The position numbers and the translations under genes were made by a program. A stretch of 64,000 nucleotides of DNA, taken from the NCBI RefSeq assembly GCF_028641065.1, contig NC_073406.1:10478001-10542000 (forward strand), read 5' to 3'. The notes beneath the pieces are model-generated. The model had not been told where the DNA came from and ran no database searches. It saw only the letters and a list, made by a program, of their open reading frames with translations. Shown here one piece after another: positions 1 to 12,488 of the stretch (within the stretch, counting starts at the first letter, position 1; the number at the start of each line of letters is the position of its first letter). This stretch comes from Leucoraja erinacea. Taxonomy: Eukaryota.

Positions 1-415
1 CTTGTACTGTGAGCCTGATGAATCTGCAAGTCCGATTTAAACAAAGATTTTTTGGAAAAGCAGCGAATTAGCATACACAAAGCTGTGAACTCAATTAAAG
101 TAATCTCGAGAAAGACTAAACGACATGGCAGGTGGATCATTTAAAAATGTCAAACGCTGAACCGAGTCCCTTTGTTTGATGAAATGTTAATTAGAACCTG
201 CTCTGGGAACAGGTTGATAGAGCAATGTTATAAACAAACGAGATATCAACGGGGCTAATCAGTGGACTGATGGCAGGTAAAGCACAAAGCTGCTGGGAAA
301 GGAAATATTTAAAGATTGCGTCTTAGCCAAATGAAAGATCAACAAACAAATAAAAGAAATCTTCCAAACCTGCTGTGATATTTTCCATTTATCAACAAGT
401 GGAGGAGATTAACAT

Positions 416-724
416 TTTAGTTTAGTTTAGTCTAGAGATACAGTGTGGAAACAGGCCCTTCGGCCCACCGAGTCTGCACCGATCAGCGATCCTCGTACAC
501 TAACACCATCCTATGCAAACTGGGGACAATTTATAATTGTTACCAAATGTAAATTAACCTACAAACCTGTACGTCTTTGGGGTGTGGGTGGAAACCGGAG
601 CACCCGGGGAAAACCCACACGGTCACGGGGAGAACATACAAACTCTGTACAGACAGCATGCATGGTATGGATCGAACCCGGGTCTCTGGTGCTGTAAGGC
701 AGCAACTCTACCGCTGCACCACTG
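416..724 (-). mobile_element. HE1-like V-SINE (tRNA-derived), near full length
   Basis: Minus strand: tRNA-like head (GTGGTGCAGCGGTAGAG...GGGTTCGATCC), central V-domain-like core, CR1-like tail GGGCCGAAGGGCCTGTTTCC and (TAAAC)n end. Confidence 0.9.
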
Positions 725-1842
725 GTGAACAAAATGTTTATAAAAGCCAGAAAGAGATGCTTAGATCATTCTTTCAGCAGTAATCGGCTAGGTTACATTT
801 TATAAATATTATGCAATTATCTTCCCATCACTGTGTTTCATTGCTAAGATTCTATTGAGGGAAGTTGCTGATTATTCGTTTGTAAACCATGGTTACATTT
901 TAAATAGACGTTGCTGAATAGATGAACCTTAATGGTGTAGACTGTTTAAATGGATGTATAATAGACAGAGTAATAGATCTGTGTAAAATAGACAGAGCAT
1001 TACATTTTCTTCCCAAAATCCCACCACATTTCCATTGGCAAATGGATTTTCTGATGAATTATTATAAATGAGAAGAAGTTTTTTTATTTTCAGTATTTCT
1101 GCCTTGTTTATTCTTGTGTTCCTTTGTGCGAATCTTTAGAGATACAGAAGTTCGCCTGTAGCCAAGCGATGTTGCTGGAGCGCGCAACATGTACGGAGAG
1201 TAAGCGACAGAACTGGCGGTGAAATAATGCATTGATACATCATCATTCTACAGAAATTCGCAGCCCATTCATTGCCCTCTAAATATTGACAAAGAATCTC
1301 ATTATGGAGACAAATGCTTCTGTGTAGATCAGAGCAATTTGAAAGGCGAGGCGATTACAAAATTGTGACTTTGTAATGCTCCACAGACCATTGTATTACT
1401 TGAACTCTGCATTGCAAGTAATGAACCACTCAAACTATTTTTGCCCTGTCCATCTGTAGATGGGGAATTTCCCTGGGATTCCCTTGTAACCATTCACTTT
1501 GGAAATGCGCAATTTGGCAGCAGCAGCAGTGGATGACAGTAGAGACATCAAAATCTCAGGTCGTTGAAAACCCAAAGACTGAGGCCCCATCTCGCTCTCA
1601 ATATAATTGCTCTCTTCCAAACTAGCGGGTGATATGGAGTCAAGGATTGAAGGAATAACTCTGTTCCTTTGTCATCCTGGACTATCTGTTAGTCCAGGGG
1701 GTGGATGAAGTATCACAGATGCAGGGAACTATCTCAGAAGGAAGTAGCCTAGTTGTGGAGCACTGAGCATAAGGATTCTTCGAGAGCGGTCAGACACATT
1801 CAGAATGCTGCAGGTTTACTTTCATTTAGTTTAAAGATCCAA

Positions 1843-2110
1843 NNNNNNNNNNNNNNNNNNNNNNNNNNNNNNNNNNNNNNNNNNNNNNNNNNNNNNNNNN
1901 NNNNNNNNNNNNNNNNNNNNNNNNNNNNNNNNNNNNNNNNNNNNNNNNNNNNNNNNNNNNNNNNNNNNNNNNNNNNNNNNNNNNNNNNNNNNNNNNNNNN
2001 NNNNNNNNNNNNNNNNNNNNNNNNNNNNNNNNNNNNNNNNNNNNNNNNNNNNNNNNNNNNNNNNNNNNNNNNNNNNNNNNNNNNNNNNNNNNNNNNNNNN
2101 NNNNNNNNNN
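1843..2110. other. Assembly gap (268 N)
   Basis: Run of N. Confidence 1.
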
Positions 2111-2424
2111 CAGAGGAACACATCTTTTGTAGGCAATTCCCAAGTTGCTGACTGCCTGTCTGTATTTATTGGGCTTAATTCCCCCTTTCTGGTGCAAATC
2201 CACAAATACTGTAACTAGATTTAATTAGTTTGTTTTCATCGCTTTGCACGGTGGGACTTGATCTCTGGAGTCGTGGACTATTTCTACAGCCACGACTGCT
2301 GCTGGCCAGGAAATTGCTGACATGAGTGATGACATTCACCGTCATTTGTAGTGAACCAGCGCAGCCTGTGGCCTTATGGGGAAGAGGATGCTGAAAGATC
2401 AAGATCTCAAACTCGGCAGAGAAT

Positions 2425-2730
2425 TTCATAAGCGATAGGAGCAGAAATAGGCCATTCAGCCCGTCAAGTCTACCCTGCCATTCAATCATGGTGGATCTAT
2501 CTCCCCCTCCTAAACCCCATTCTCCTGCCTTCTCCCCATAACCACCTAAAATCCGTACTAATCAAGAATCTATCTCTGCTTTAAAAACATCCATTGACGG
2601 CCTCCACAGCCCTCTGTAGCAATGAATTCCACAGATTCGCCACTCTCTGACTAAAGACATTCCTCCTCATCTCCTTCTTAAAGGAATGTGCTTTAATTTT
2701 GAGGCTGTGATCTCTTGTCCTAGATATCCC
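2425..2730 (-). mobile_element. CR1/HER1-like LINE 3' fragment
   Basis: Minus strand GTGGCGAATCTGTGGAATTC...GATTGAATGGCAGGGTAGACTTGACGGGCTGAATGGCC, typical elasmobranch CR1 3' end. Confidence 0.85.
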
Positions 2731-2939
2731 ATTTACTACCCAATGTGATTCCTGCCTGTTTTACCTCAATGAACCTAGATCTTTTAGAAGAAGAATCTCA
2801 AGGAAATGGAGAGAGATCAGCAATGTTGTCTCTGAAAGTTCACCAAATCCATCGGCTGCAAGTCGCACTCAGTTGGCTTTGGTGGGTGAGCCTCATTAAC
2901 TACAAGCCCAGCACAAGACATCTGAGACACACATACACT

Positions 2940-3647
2940 GTCAGGCCTCTGGATAGTGTTGTAGAGCAGAGGGATCTAAGAGTACAGGTGCAGGTAGATA
3001 AGGTGGTCAAAAAGGCTTTTGGCACTTTGGCCTTCATCAGTCAGAGTATTGAGTATAGAAGTTGGGAGGTCATGTTGCAGTTGTATAAGAGGTTGGTGAG
3101 ACCGCATTTAGAAATATTGTGTTCAGTTCTGGGCACCATGTTATAGGAAAGACGATGTCAAGCTTGAAAAGGTTCAGAAAAAATTGACGAGGATGTTGCC
3201 AGAACTAGAGGATATGAGCTATAGGGAGAGGTTGAGTAGACTGGGCCTCTATTCTACGGAACGCAGGAGGATGAGGGGAGATCTTATAGAGGTATACAAA
3301 ATCATGAGAGGAATAGATTGAGTAGATGCACAGAGTATTTTGCCCAGAGTAGGGGAATTGAGGACCAGAGGAAATAGGTTCAAGGTGAAGAGGAAAAGAT
3401 TTCATAATAATCTGCAGGGTATCTTTTTCACACATAGGGTGGTGGGTGGCAGCTGCCAGAGGAGGTAGTTGAGGCTGGGACTATCCCAATGTTTAAGAAA
3501 CAGTTAGACAAGTACATGGAAAGGACAGGTTTGGAGGAATATGCAGCAAGTGCAGCCAAGTGGGACTCGTGTTGTTGGGACGTTGTTGGCCTGTGTGTGC
3601 AAGTTGGGCCAAAGGCCTGTTTCCACACTGTATCACTATGACTATGA
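2940..3647 (+). mobile_element. CR1/HER1-like LINE, RT C-terminus and 3' UTR
   Basis: ORF 2745..3146 ends VVKKAFGTLAFISQSIEYRSWEVMLQLYKRLVRPHLE (CR1 motif); ends GGGCCAAAGGCCTGTTTCCACACTGTATCACTATGACTATG. Confidence 0.92.
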
Positions 3648-3888
3648 GAAACATAGAAACATAGAAACATAGAAATTAGGTGCAGGAGTAGGCCATTCGG
3701 CCCTTCGAGCCTGCACCGCCATTCAATATGATCATGGCTGATCATCCAACTCAGTATCCCGTACCTGCCTTCTCTCCATACCCTCTGATCCCCTTAGCCA
3801 CAAGGGCCACATCTAACTCCCTCTTATATATAGCCAATGAACTGGCCTCAACTACCCTCTGTGGCAGAGACTACCCTCTGTGGCAGAG
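3648..3888 (-). mobile_element. CR1 3' fragment, (CTATGTTT)n tail, tail-to-tail with previous CR1
   Basis: AGAAACATAGAAACATAGAAA tail; near-identical (reverse complement) to the CR1 at 7004-7200. Confidence 0.9.
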
Positions 3889-4042
3889 AGCAAGTAACCA
3901 CCGAATAGACACATGAAAACAATCAAGCATGTTTTTAAAATGTCCCTGCAAAACATTCATCGACCCCATGAATTCAAGGGAAAGGTTGGGGAATTGGGGG
4001 TTTTAGGGAACTGGCTGGAAGAGGAAATTAGACTTAGAATAA

Positions 4043-4136
4043 GATAGACACAAAATGCTGGAGTAACTCAGCGGGTCAAACACCCTCTCTGGAGAAAAGG
4101 AATAGGTGACGATTCGGGTCGAGACCCTTCTTCAGC
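4043..4136 (-). mobile_element. Penelope-like pLTR-derived fragment with hammerhead-like core
   Basis: Minus strand CTGAAGAAGGGTCTCGACCCGAATCGTCACC followed by the conserved ...GCTGAGTTACTCCAGCATTTTGTGTC. Confidence 0.75.
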
Positions 4137-4214
4137 CTTAGAGTTGACCAGTTGTGATCATATTGAACGGTGGAGCAGGCTTTGAGGACCAAGTGCTTTT
4201 TTTTTCGCATGTTC

Positions 4215-4505
4215 TAGTTTAGTTTCCTTAATTCTGAGATAAAACACAAAAACAAGCCCTTCGGCCCACCAAGTCTGCGCAGACCAGCGATGCCCGCACA
4301 TTAACATTATCTTGCACACACTAGTGACAGTTTGCAGTTTCACTAAACCAATTAACCTACAATCCCGTACATCTTTGGAGTGGAGGAGGAAACCGAAGCA
4401 CCTGGGAAAACCCACAAAGGTCAAGGGGAAAACGACAAACTACATACAGACCCAGATCTCTGGCTCTGTAAGGCATCAACTCAACCATTGTGCCACTGTG
4501 CCATC
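4215..4505 (-). mobile_element. HE1-like V-SINE, diverged
   Basis: Same head, core and tail as 416-724, with deletions. Confidence 0.85.
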
Positions 4506-5825
4506 CTGTATCAAGTGTCCCTGGTTGCAGGCTGCTCAAAGTGGAGATGGAGCATTGGGGATGGCACTGAGAACTTCAGCGTCCTGTTTCAAGGGGGTCA
4601 AAGATGCCAAGATCAAGCAGACATGGACTGCACTGCTCTCTAGAATGCCGACCCAACTATTCACCTGACAACCACCGCAACAGACTGCAGGCTGCCAGAA
4701 AACTTGTAGCTGCAACTAGATTCTTCTTTATCTGGAGATGCAATAAAAATCAATGCTCATTAAGTATAAATGCACCCAATTAAGAAAAGGAAAGAATAGT
4801 TTTGAAAACAGATGAAGTGACCAAGTTTTAAATGGCAGCTGTTTGATCAATTACTGAAGGGGAAAAAAGCAACTTTAGGAATTTTAAGTCCTTTTGCATC
4901 TTTTCTGTTCTCCTGGGTTTTTCAATAACCACTTGAAAAAAAGTGCCCTTCTGCAAATGTGCTCTTGGCATATCAATAAAACACTTTGCAGCTTCAGGGG
5001 ATGCGTATCCATGCCACCTTCGAACAAAGGTTACTTTTTGATCCACTGAGATTCTTGGCATCCAATTCCTTTTCTAATTATACTGTATCCATCTCTGTCA
5101 CTGCCGTGGAAACTTTCTTTGTTACTCGAAGCTCATCGTACTGATGTAAACAACAGCGATAAGGAACAAGGAATCCTTTGACTCCAATATGAGCTGAATG
5201 AAAAAGCTCTCACATTCAGCTAAGTACATTTATGCCAATGTATCAATGTATACCAATGTAGCAAGGTCAGGTGCAATATTGCAAACCCACAGCCTCAATT
5301 CACTGTCTGGGAGTCTTATAATGGCAATTTCTAAACTTTCCAATGTCCAACATAATTGCCATTACTACTCGGGGATGCAGAAGGGATATAGCTTACGCAC
5401 TCGCCAATAGTAATAACAAATCTTCCAGTAGTTGATCTTTTGTTGAAGTAGTACAAAACAAAGAAATAATGAATATAACTTTTCATTCTTACTAACTGTT
5501 TCATCCCTGTGAGGGTGTGGCGTCTTGTGGTAAAAAACTGTTGTCTCAACCATCCCTCGAGGCTAAACTGACTCCAAATCTCTGTGGCTACGCTAACTTC
5601 CTCAGATGTAGACACTTCCATCTACGTATCAAATCCCACCCACTAGCATACCAAAAGAAAAAACTAGAAATATCTAGATATGGCTATAATATTCTAATTT
5701 AAGCATAAATGACTCCTGCAAGTCTTTTGAATGTTTTTTTATTGAGATTCAGTTTCAATGTCTACAGACCATTCTCAGCAAAAGTTCTGCAGACCTTATC
5801 TATGGTTTGTGGATTAAAAGAGATA

Positions 5826-6704
5826 CCATCACTTTATTGTCTCATGTGCATTCCAATAACCTTTCAAACATGAAACCAAGACCTTTCATTTGTTTGCCAT
5901 GTTCTTAAGTTGTAATCCTGATCCAAGGCACTGCCACTGTTCTTTAAAAGGTTATGGCGAAGGTGTGATATTTTGAAAAATTAAAAGCTTTCTGAAGCTC
6001 AATCAAACGAGTTTTATGAAACACAGCCTGATACGTGGTGACCTCTGATATTTAGACAGAAAAGTCGTTTTACATCTGTCAGTCAAATTCAAATCCAAAA
6101 TTTTTCTTGCACAGTCTTTTTTGGTTACTGTCTTGCAGAAATGACATGTACTTTATGCATATTTTGCATTTTTGTGTGTTGTCTGAGGCTAAGTGCCTGA
6201 GATACTGTTTTGAGCAAGATATACATTGCGCCTGTATCTCACCATACCTGACCATATAACGATGAGCCATCACTTTATTGTCTCATGTGCATTCCAATAA
6301 CCTTTCAAACATGAAACCAAGACCTTTCATTTGTTTGCCATGTTCTTAAGTTGTAATCCTGATCCAAGGCACTGCCACTGTTCTTTAAAAGGTTATGGCG
6401 AAGGTGTGATATTTTGAAAAATTAAAAGCTTTCTGAAGCTCAATCAAACGAGTTTTATGAAACACAGCCTGATACGTGGTGACCTCTGATATTTAGACAG
6501 AAAAGTCGTTTTACATCTGTCAGTCAAATTCAAATCCAAAATTTTTCTTGCACAGTCTTTTTTGGTTACTGTCTTGCAGAAATGACGTGTGCTTTATGCA
6601 TATTTTGCATTTTTGTGTGTTGTCTGAGGCTAAGTGCCTGAGATACTGTTTTGAGCAAGATATACATTGCGCCTGTATCTCACCATACCTGACCATATAA
6701 CGAT
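5826..6704. repeat. Tandem duplication, 2 x 438 bp (5826-6263, 6267-6704)
   Basis: Period 441; copies differ at about 2 positions (GACATGTAC vs GACGTGTGC). Confidence 0.97.
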
Positions 6705-6706
6705 AA

Positions 6707-7003
6707 AGGGGTGGCACGGTGGCGTGGCGGTCGAGTTGCTGCCTTACAGCGCCAGTGACCCGGGTACGATCCTGACTACAGGTGCTGTCTTTACGGAGTG
6801 TGGATGTTCTGCCCGCGTGGGTTTCGTCCGGGTGCTCCGGTTTCCTCTCACACTGCAAAGATGTAAAGGTTTGTAGGTTAATTGGCTATGCTATAAATCG
6901 TAAATTGTCCCCAGTGTGTAGGATAGTGTTAGTGTACGTGGATCACGGTGCGGACTCAGTGGGCTGAGGGTCCTGTTTCTCTAGGTATTATCTCTAAACT
7001 AAG
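6707..7003 (+). mobile_element. HE1-like V-SINE
   Basis: GGGGTGGCACGGTGGCGTGGCGGTCGAG head through CTCTAAACTAA tail. Confidence 0.9.
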
Positions 7004-7200
7004 TCGAGGCCAGTTCATTGGCTATATTTAAGAGGGAGTTAGATGTGGCCCTTGTGGCTAAAGGGATCAGAGGGTATGGAGAGAAGGCAGGTACGGGATA
7101 CTGAGTTGGATGATCAGCCATGATCATATTGAATGGCGGTGCAGGCTCGAAGGGCCGAATGGCCTACTCCTGCACCTAATTTCTATGTTTCTATGTTTCT
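7004..7200 (+). mobile_element. CR1 3' fragment inserted in the SINE (TAAAC)n tail
   Basis: Ends AATTTCTATGTTTCTATGTTT; CTAAACTAA on both sides. Confidence 0.88.
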
Positions 7201-7605
7201 AAACTAAACTAATCTAAACTAAAACTCAACTTGGTGCGACTTGGTTATCAAAAATAATTGCTCTTAATTTAATGCAAAAATGTCGATGTATTTTGATTTC
7301 ATTACCCACAGACTTAAATACGTAGAGCTGAGGCACATGGATAGAAGTGTGATGAAATTATGAAGAACCGCCCAAAGACAATTCTCGGAGAATGCCGAGT
7401 TTACTAACCCAGAAATTCTCGGAGCAAATGGGTGCATTCACGGAGAAAGTGGAAGCATGAAAGATAATGAGTTCAAGGGGTACGTTGGTGGAACTTGTTG
7501 AAGTAGTTGATCTACAGAAGCATGGGCCTTTAAGGCCAAAAGGTCTGAATCAGTCATTTCTGTCTAAACTATAAAAAATAATCAACATCCCCACCAAACC
7601 AATAA

Positions 7606-7882
7606 GGCACACAGTGGTGCAGTTGGTTGAGCAACTGTCTCATAGCGCCAGACCCGGATTCAATCCTGACCTCAGTGTGGAGTTTGCACGTTCTCCTGGT
7701 GCCCCGTCTTCCTCCCGTATCCCAAAGCAGTGCGGGCTCGTAGGTTGCTTTGCCTCTGTAAATTGTCCCCAATGTACAGGAAGTGGATGAGAAAGTGGGA
7801 TAACTTAGAACTAGTGTGAATGGGTGATCGGTGGACTTTGTGGACCCAAGTTGCTTGTTTCCATGCTGTATCTCTAAACTAA
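7606..7882 (+). mobile_element. V-SINE, older subfamily
   Basis: GGCACACAGTGGTGCAG head; GAGTTTGCACGTTCTCC core; GCTGTATCTCTAAACT tail. Confidence 0.8.
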
Positions 7883-8714
7883 TCCAAATAAAGAATGGAT
7901 GTATCAGATTAATCAGTGTCCATAGAATGCAATTAAGGTTGTTCTGCCAGTTAAGCGTAAAGTGTCTCTGAATGGGCTCTGCTAATTTATACATTGTCTG
8001 ATTTCTATTCCATTCTATTCTTAAGTGAAGAGCTAGATCGATGGACATAAATCTGTACCGAATTTTACTGCCAGGAATAGTTAGAATCAGCTCCAACAGT
8101 CGTATTCTAAAGTGTGCAATATCAGAACTAGTCAGATACAATTAGCACTGGCAAAATAAATTTGGACAAATATCTGGATATTTCGATCGGAATGGTTTAA
8201 AGAGATATGAGCCAAATGTGGGTAATGGGGACTAGCCCAGGTTGCCAACTTGGTTGGCATGGACAAGGGGGGGCCGAAGGACCTGTTTCCATATGACTCT
8301 ATGAGGTGAGTCTGAGTCTTCATTAGTGAGTTACTGATAATCTGTGATAATGTAGCATAATTTACCATTGTAAGATATTCCATAACATTTCTAAGGTTAA
8401 TGAACCAAAATTTGATACGCATACTAAGAAACGCCGGTCCTAGAGTCAATCATCACGGAAATCATCCTCTTCAGTCTACCTGTATCTTCAAACCAGCATC
8501 TGTGGTTCCTTCCTACGCGAGGCGTTTTCTTCAATGGTTCAATGAATGGTTCTTCATTATCAAGATAGTGACATTCTTTTTTGCAGATCAGTAGGATTAT
8601 TGCCTTACAAAACTTGACTTGGTTTGAGTTCCATAACCTTGCCACAGTTGAACTGAGAACTGCCCTATGACAGTTCCCAGCTGAAAATGCTGTATCATTG
8701 TTGCTTGCGACACA

Positions 8715-9025
8715 GTGTGGCACGATGGCGCAGTGGTAGAGTTGCTGCCTTGTAGCTCCGGGCACCCGGGTTCGATCCCGACTACGGGTATTGCCTGTAT
8801 GGAGTTTGTACGTTCTCCCCGTGACCTGCATGGGTTTTCTCCAAGATCTTCGGTTTCCTCCCACAATCCAAAGACGTACAGGTATGTAGGTTAATTGGCT
8901 TGGTGTATGTGTAAATTGTCCCTAGTTTGTGTAGGATAGTGTTAATGTGCGGGGATCGCTGGTCGGCGCGGACTCGGTGGGCCGAAGGGCCTGTTTCTGC
9001 ACTGTATCGCCAACCTATACTAAAC
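8715..9025 (+). mobile_element. HE1-like V-SINE, full length
   Basis: Intact A-box/B-box-like head (GGCGCAGTGGTAGAG; GGGTTCGATCCC), core and tail. Confidence 0.92.
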
Positions 9026-9077
9026 TACTGTTAATGCCACACTCCTGCACATCTATGCCACTCACACCATAATGTAT

Positions 9078-9215
9078 AGACACACAAAGCTTGAGTAACT
9101 CAGCGGCTCAGGCATCATCTCTGGAGAAAAGGAATAGATGACGTTTCGGATCGAGACTCTTCTTCAGACTGTGAGTCAGGGGAGAGGGAAATTAGAGGTA
9201 TGAAAAGGTATCAGA
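9078..9215 (-). mobile_element. Penelope-like pLTR fragment with hammerhead-like core
   Basis: Minus strand CAGTCTGAAGAAGAGTCTCGATCCGAAACGTCATC. Confidence 0.75.
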
Positions 9216-9689
9216 GATTATAACAGAAATTGGGCCGTGTTATTGCAGCCACTGTCCCTCCAAATGCCTGAATGCACTGGAAGAAGTTGAAGACTTTATC
9301 AGTATCCAACAGCATCAGTATCCACCATCAGATTTCACAGCATGAATTAGTGTTGGCTGGAATATCGTTCCATCTGAATTTGTGGAACATCCTATTATCA
9401 GTCAGTTATCAGTGTTACTTCTGAGTTTGGATCGCAAAGAAAAGAAGAGAGTTCTCATGATGATAAACGCTGATAAAAGCTGCTGCAAATGCACATTCAC
9501 ATTATAAAGCACCAGAGGTGGCACCTGCTCTCTCTATTCCCAGTTTAGCAGTAGATTGCTCCCAGCCAGGGAGGAAATGACACGGGCACCGACCATGATA
9601 TTTCAAACATCCATAGATGAGGCTGCAGTGGATGAGGACTGGGAAATTCCTAAAGTTGCCCTAACAGTGAAAAAAAAATGTGCAGAGAT

Positions 9690-10700
9690 AAAGTCAGTGG
9701 CTACAAACCTGTCAGTTTAACCTTGGTGGTGAAGAAATAGATCAGAGTCCAGCAGTTGGGAGCTCATGTTACAGTGATATAAGATGCTGGTGAGACAACA
9801 TTTAGAGCATTGTGTTCAGTTTTGGTCACCGTGTTATAGGAATGATGTTGTCAAGCTGGATAGGGTGTAGAGAAGATATACAAGGACGTTGCCAGGACTC
9901 GATGGCCTGAGCTGTAGGGAGAGGTTAAGCAGGCTCGGACTCCATTCCTTGGGGCATAGGAGGATGAGGGGTCATCTTGTGGAGGTACACAAAATCACGA
10001 GAGGAATAGATCAGGTATATGCATGGAGTCTTTTGCCCAGAATAGGGAATTGAAAACCAGAAGATATAAATTTAAGGCGAGGTGGGAAAGATTTAATAGG
10101 AACCTGAGGGGTAGCTTAAGGTCATAAGTCATGAGTGACAGGAGCAGAATTATGCCATTCGGCCCATCAAGTCTACCCCACCATTCAATCATGGCTGATC
10201 TATCTCTCCCTCCTAACCCCATTCTCCTGCTTTCTCCCCATAATCCTCGACACCCGTACTAATCAAGAATCTATCTGTGCCTTAAAAATATCCATTGACG
10301 GCCTCCACAGACTTCAGTGGCAAAGAATTCCACAGTTTCACCACCTCCTGACTAAAGAAATTCCTCCTCATCTTCCTAAAGGAACGTTCTTTAATTCTGA
10401 GGCTATGACCTCGCGTCCTAGACTCTCCCACTCATGGAAACATCCTCTCCACACCCACTTTATCCAAGCCTTTCACTATTCTGTGTGTTTCAATGAGGTC
10501 CCCCTCCTCCAGCGAGTGCAGGCCCAGTGCCATCAAATGCTCATCATATGTTAACCCACTAACTCCTGGGATCATTCTTGGAAACCTCCTCTGGAGCCAG
10601 CCCATCCTTCCTCAGATAAGGTGCCCAAAATTGCTCACGCCCTTCTCTTACGCAGAGGGTGGTGGTATTTGGACTGAGCTGCCAGAAGAGGTGGTTCTGG
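9690..10700. mobile_element. Nested CR1 fragments (+ 9690-10112; - 10118-10640; + 10640-10700)
   Basis: CR1 RT C-terminal motifs (LVRxxLE, VQFWSP, RRMRG) on the plus strand, interrupted by an antisense CR1 3' end. Confidence 0.85.
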
Positions 10701-11931
10701 CCCTATCGTAGTATCGTTGATCAGTCTGGCTGAATCCTCAGCCTTCTTCCTCCGGAGATTCAGCTCCAAGCTCCTGCAATTTCCATCTTCGGATTACAAG
10801 TTACGATGGCATTCCCCGGACACCAAAGACAAATAGAAATAAAGTTAAAATGAGATTGCTGAGTGAAAAAGCTACAGACACATTAACACAAGTGATATCT
10901 AAATCCCCAAGCTTCTTCCCTGAAACTATTCCAAAAATATTGAGACCTTGGTTACTTATTTTCAAACTGCCAGCATCGAAGTTCTGAGGTCTTATCTTTT
11001 TTTTTCTTTTCTCTCTTACCAAGATTATATCACGAAATAAGTGCATTCTGTCAGATATACATTGTGTTACAAGTGAACGCTTTTAGGTGTGTGCACTCTG
11101 TTAGGGTACGCCTCATTAAGTACACACTGTGGAAGACATGAATCCTGTTAATTTTAATGCTGCTTGTAAATGTGCCATATTTGGCTGCTTAACATTTCAA
11201 AGTAACTCTGCAAAAGCACTTGAAGGTGTTCGTGTGCAATGCAGGATGGTGCCTCATTAATGCAAGGTTTTGCTTTCAGCGTATCGAGATACACAGCTGG
11301 ATGAGAATTGGGCTGAAGGATGTGAGGAGACAGAGAAGATCAAAAGACTTTATAGGAGTTGATGGGGCCAATTTGCATCTTAAGACCCAAGTCAGTTCCA
11401 ATTTGATTTGCAAGGGTTTAACATCTGCGTGAATAGCAAGTACAGATTGTCATCTATTCTCCTGTTGGTACATTGAGATAACTATTCACATCTCCCAGTG
11501 CTGATTCAGAGAGTCTACATATGGCACTAGTAAAGGGAGAGCAAACCATGTGTTGGAAATGTATAAATATGAACTCATGTGAAAGTTTATTATCACAGTG
11601 GTAAACAAGTCAAATATTGAGAACGTTTAGAACAAAGTGTAAATGTCATTGCATGAAAACCCTAGTCTCAAGTAGATGTTTCTAGGTTTGGAAATGGTGG
11701 CAGAAAGGAAGGAGAAAGTAGTCGAGACCATAGGTTTAGAATGGACCCACACCCAGAATCGATGGTCAAGATTTATCAAACTGCAACAGACCTCATAGCA
11801 AGATTCCCTTTTCTGCCCCATTATAGAGCCACAATTTTTTACTGAGTATATTAAGACCATTCAGTACATATAGGTTCCTTGTAGAGCATTCCCATCAGTT
11901 CCATTATCTCCCCATCACTTTGCAGCGCAAG

Positions 11932-12232
11932 GTTTTAGAGATACAGCATGCAAACAGGCCCTTTGGCCCATCGTGTCCACATGGATCATCGATCATCCAT
12001 TCACACTAATTCTATGTTATTCCACTTTCTCATCCACTCATTAAGTAGTAAGGAGTAAACAGGGCAATTTTACAGGGGCCAATTAATCGACAAACCCGCA
12101 CGCCTGAGAATTCAGAGGAAACTCACGTGGTCAGGAAGAACGGGCAAACTCCACACAGGCAGCACAAAAGGTCAGGATCAAACCTAGATCTCTGGTGCTG
12201 TAAGACAGCAGCTCGATCCGCTGCGCCACCAT
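11932..12232 (-). mobile_element. V-SINE, older subfamily
   Basis: Tail and head motifs on the minus strand. Confidence 0.8.
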
Positions 12233-12488
12233 GCTATTTCATGAGGTTTTCTAATTCTCCTTGGAAAGCAAGAATTAACCCTACTATCACCACAAACCCA
12301 GACAATTGGTTCTAAATCCTCATTATATACTGCTTGGAATATTTCTTTGTTACACAGTTGGGCCTTCTGCCCTCTGGATCAGATCTGTGTCTGCTGGTTA
12401 AGGGACATATTGCTCCTGAGAACTGCTTCTCGTTACTTACTCCGTCTGAACCTTCCAACCTCTCTTGGATCTCAATCAAATCCTCTTT

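Noticed and set aside
1753-2205. Long ORFs spanning N runs (also 46964-47411)
   Set aside because: Artefacts of assembly gaps.
2269-2297. Small hairpin AGTCGTGG...CCACGACT
   Set aside because: Too short for a pre-miRNA, and no known RNA motif recognised.
4531-4747. Possible terminal exon (TTGCAG acceptor, AATAAA at 4742)
   Set aside because: No frame gives a recognisable peptide; such signals are frequent by chance.
8715-8800. tRNA-like sequences with A and B boxes (many copies)
   Set aside because: They are SINE heads followed by the SINE core and tail, not tRNA genes.
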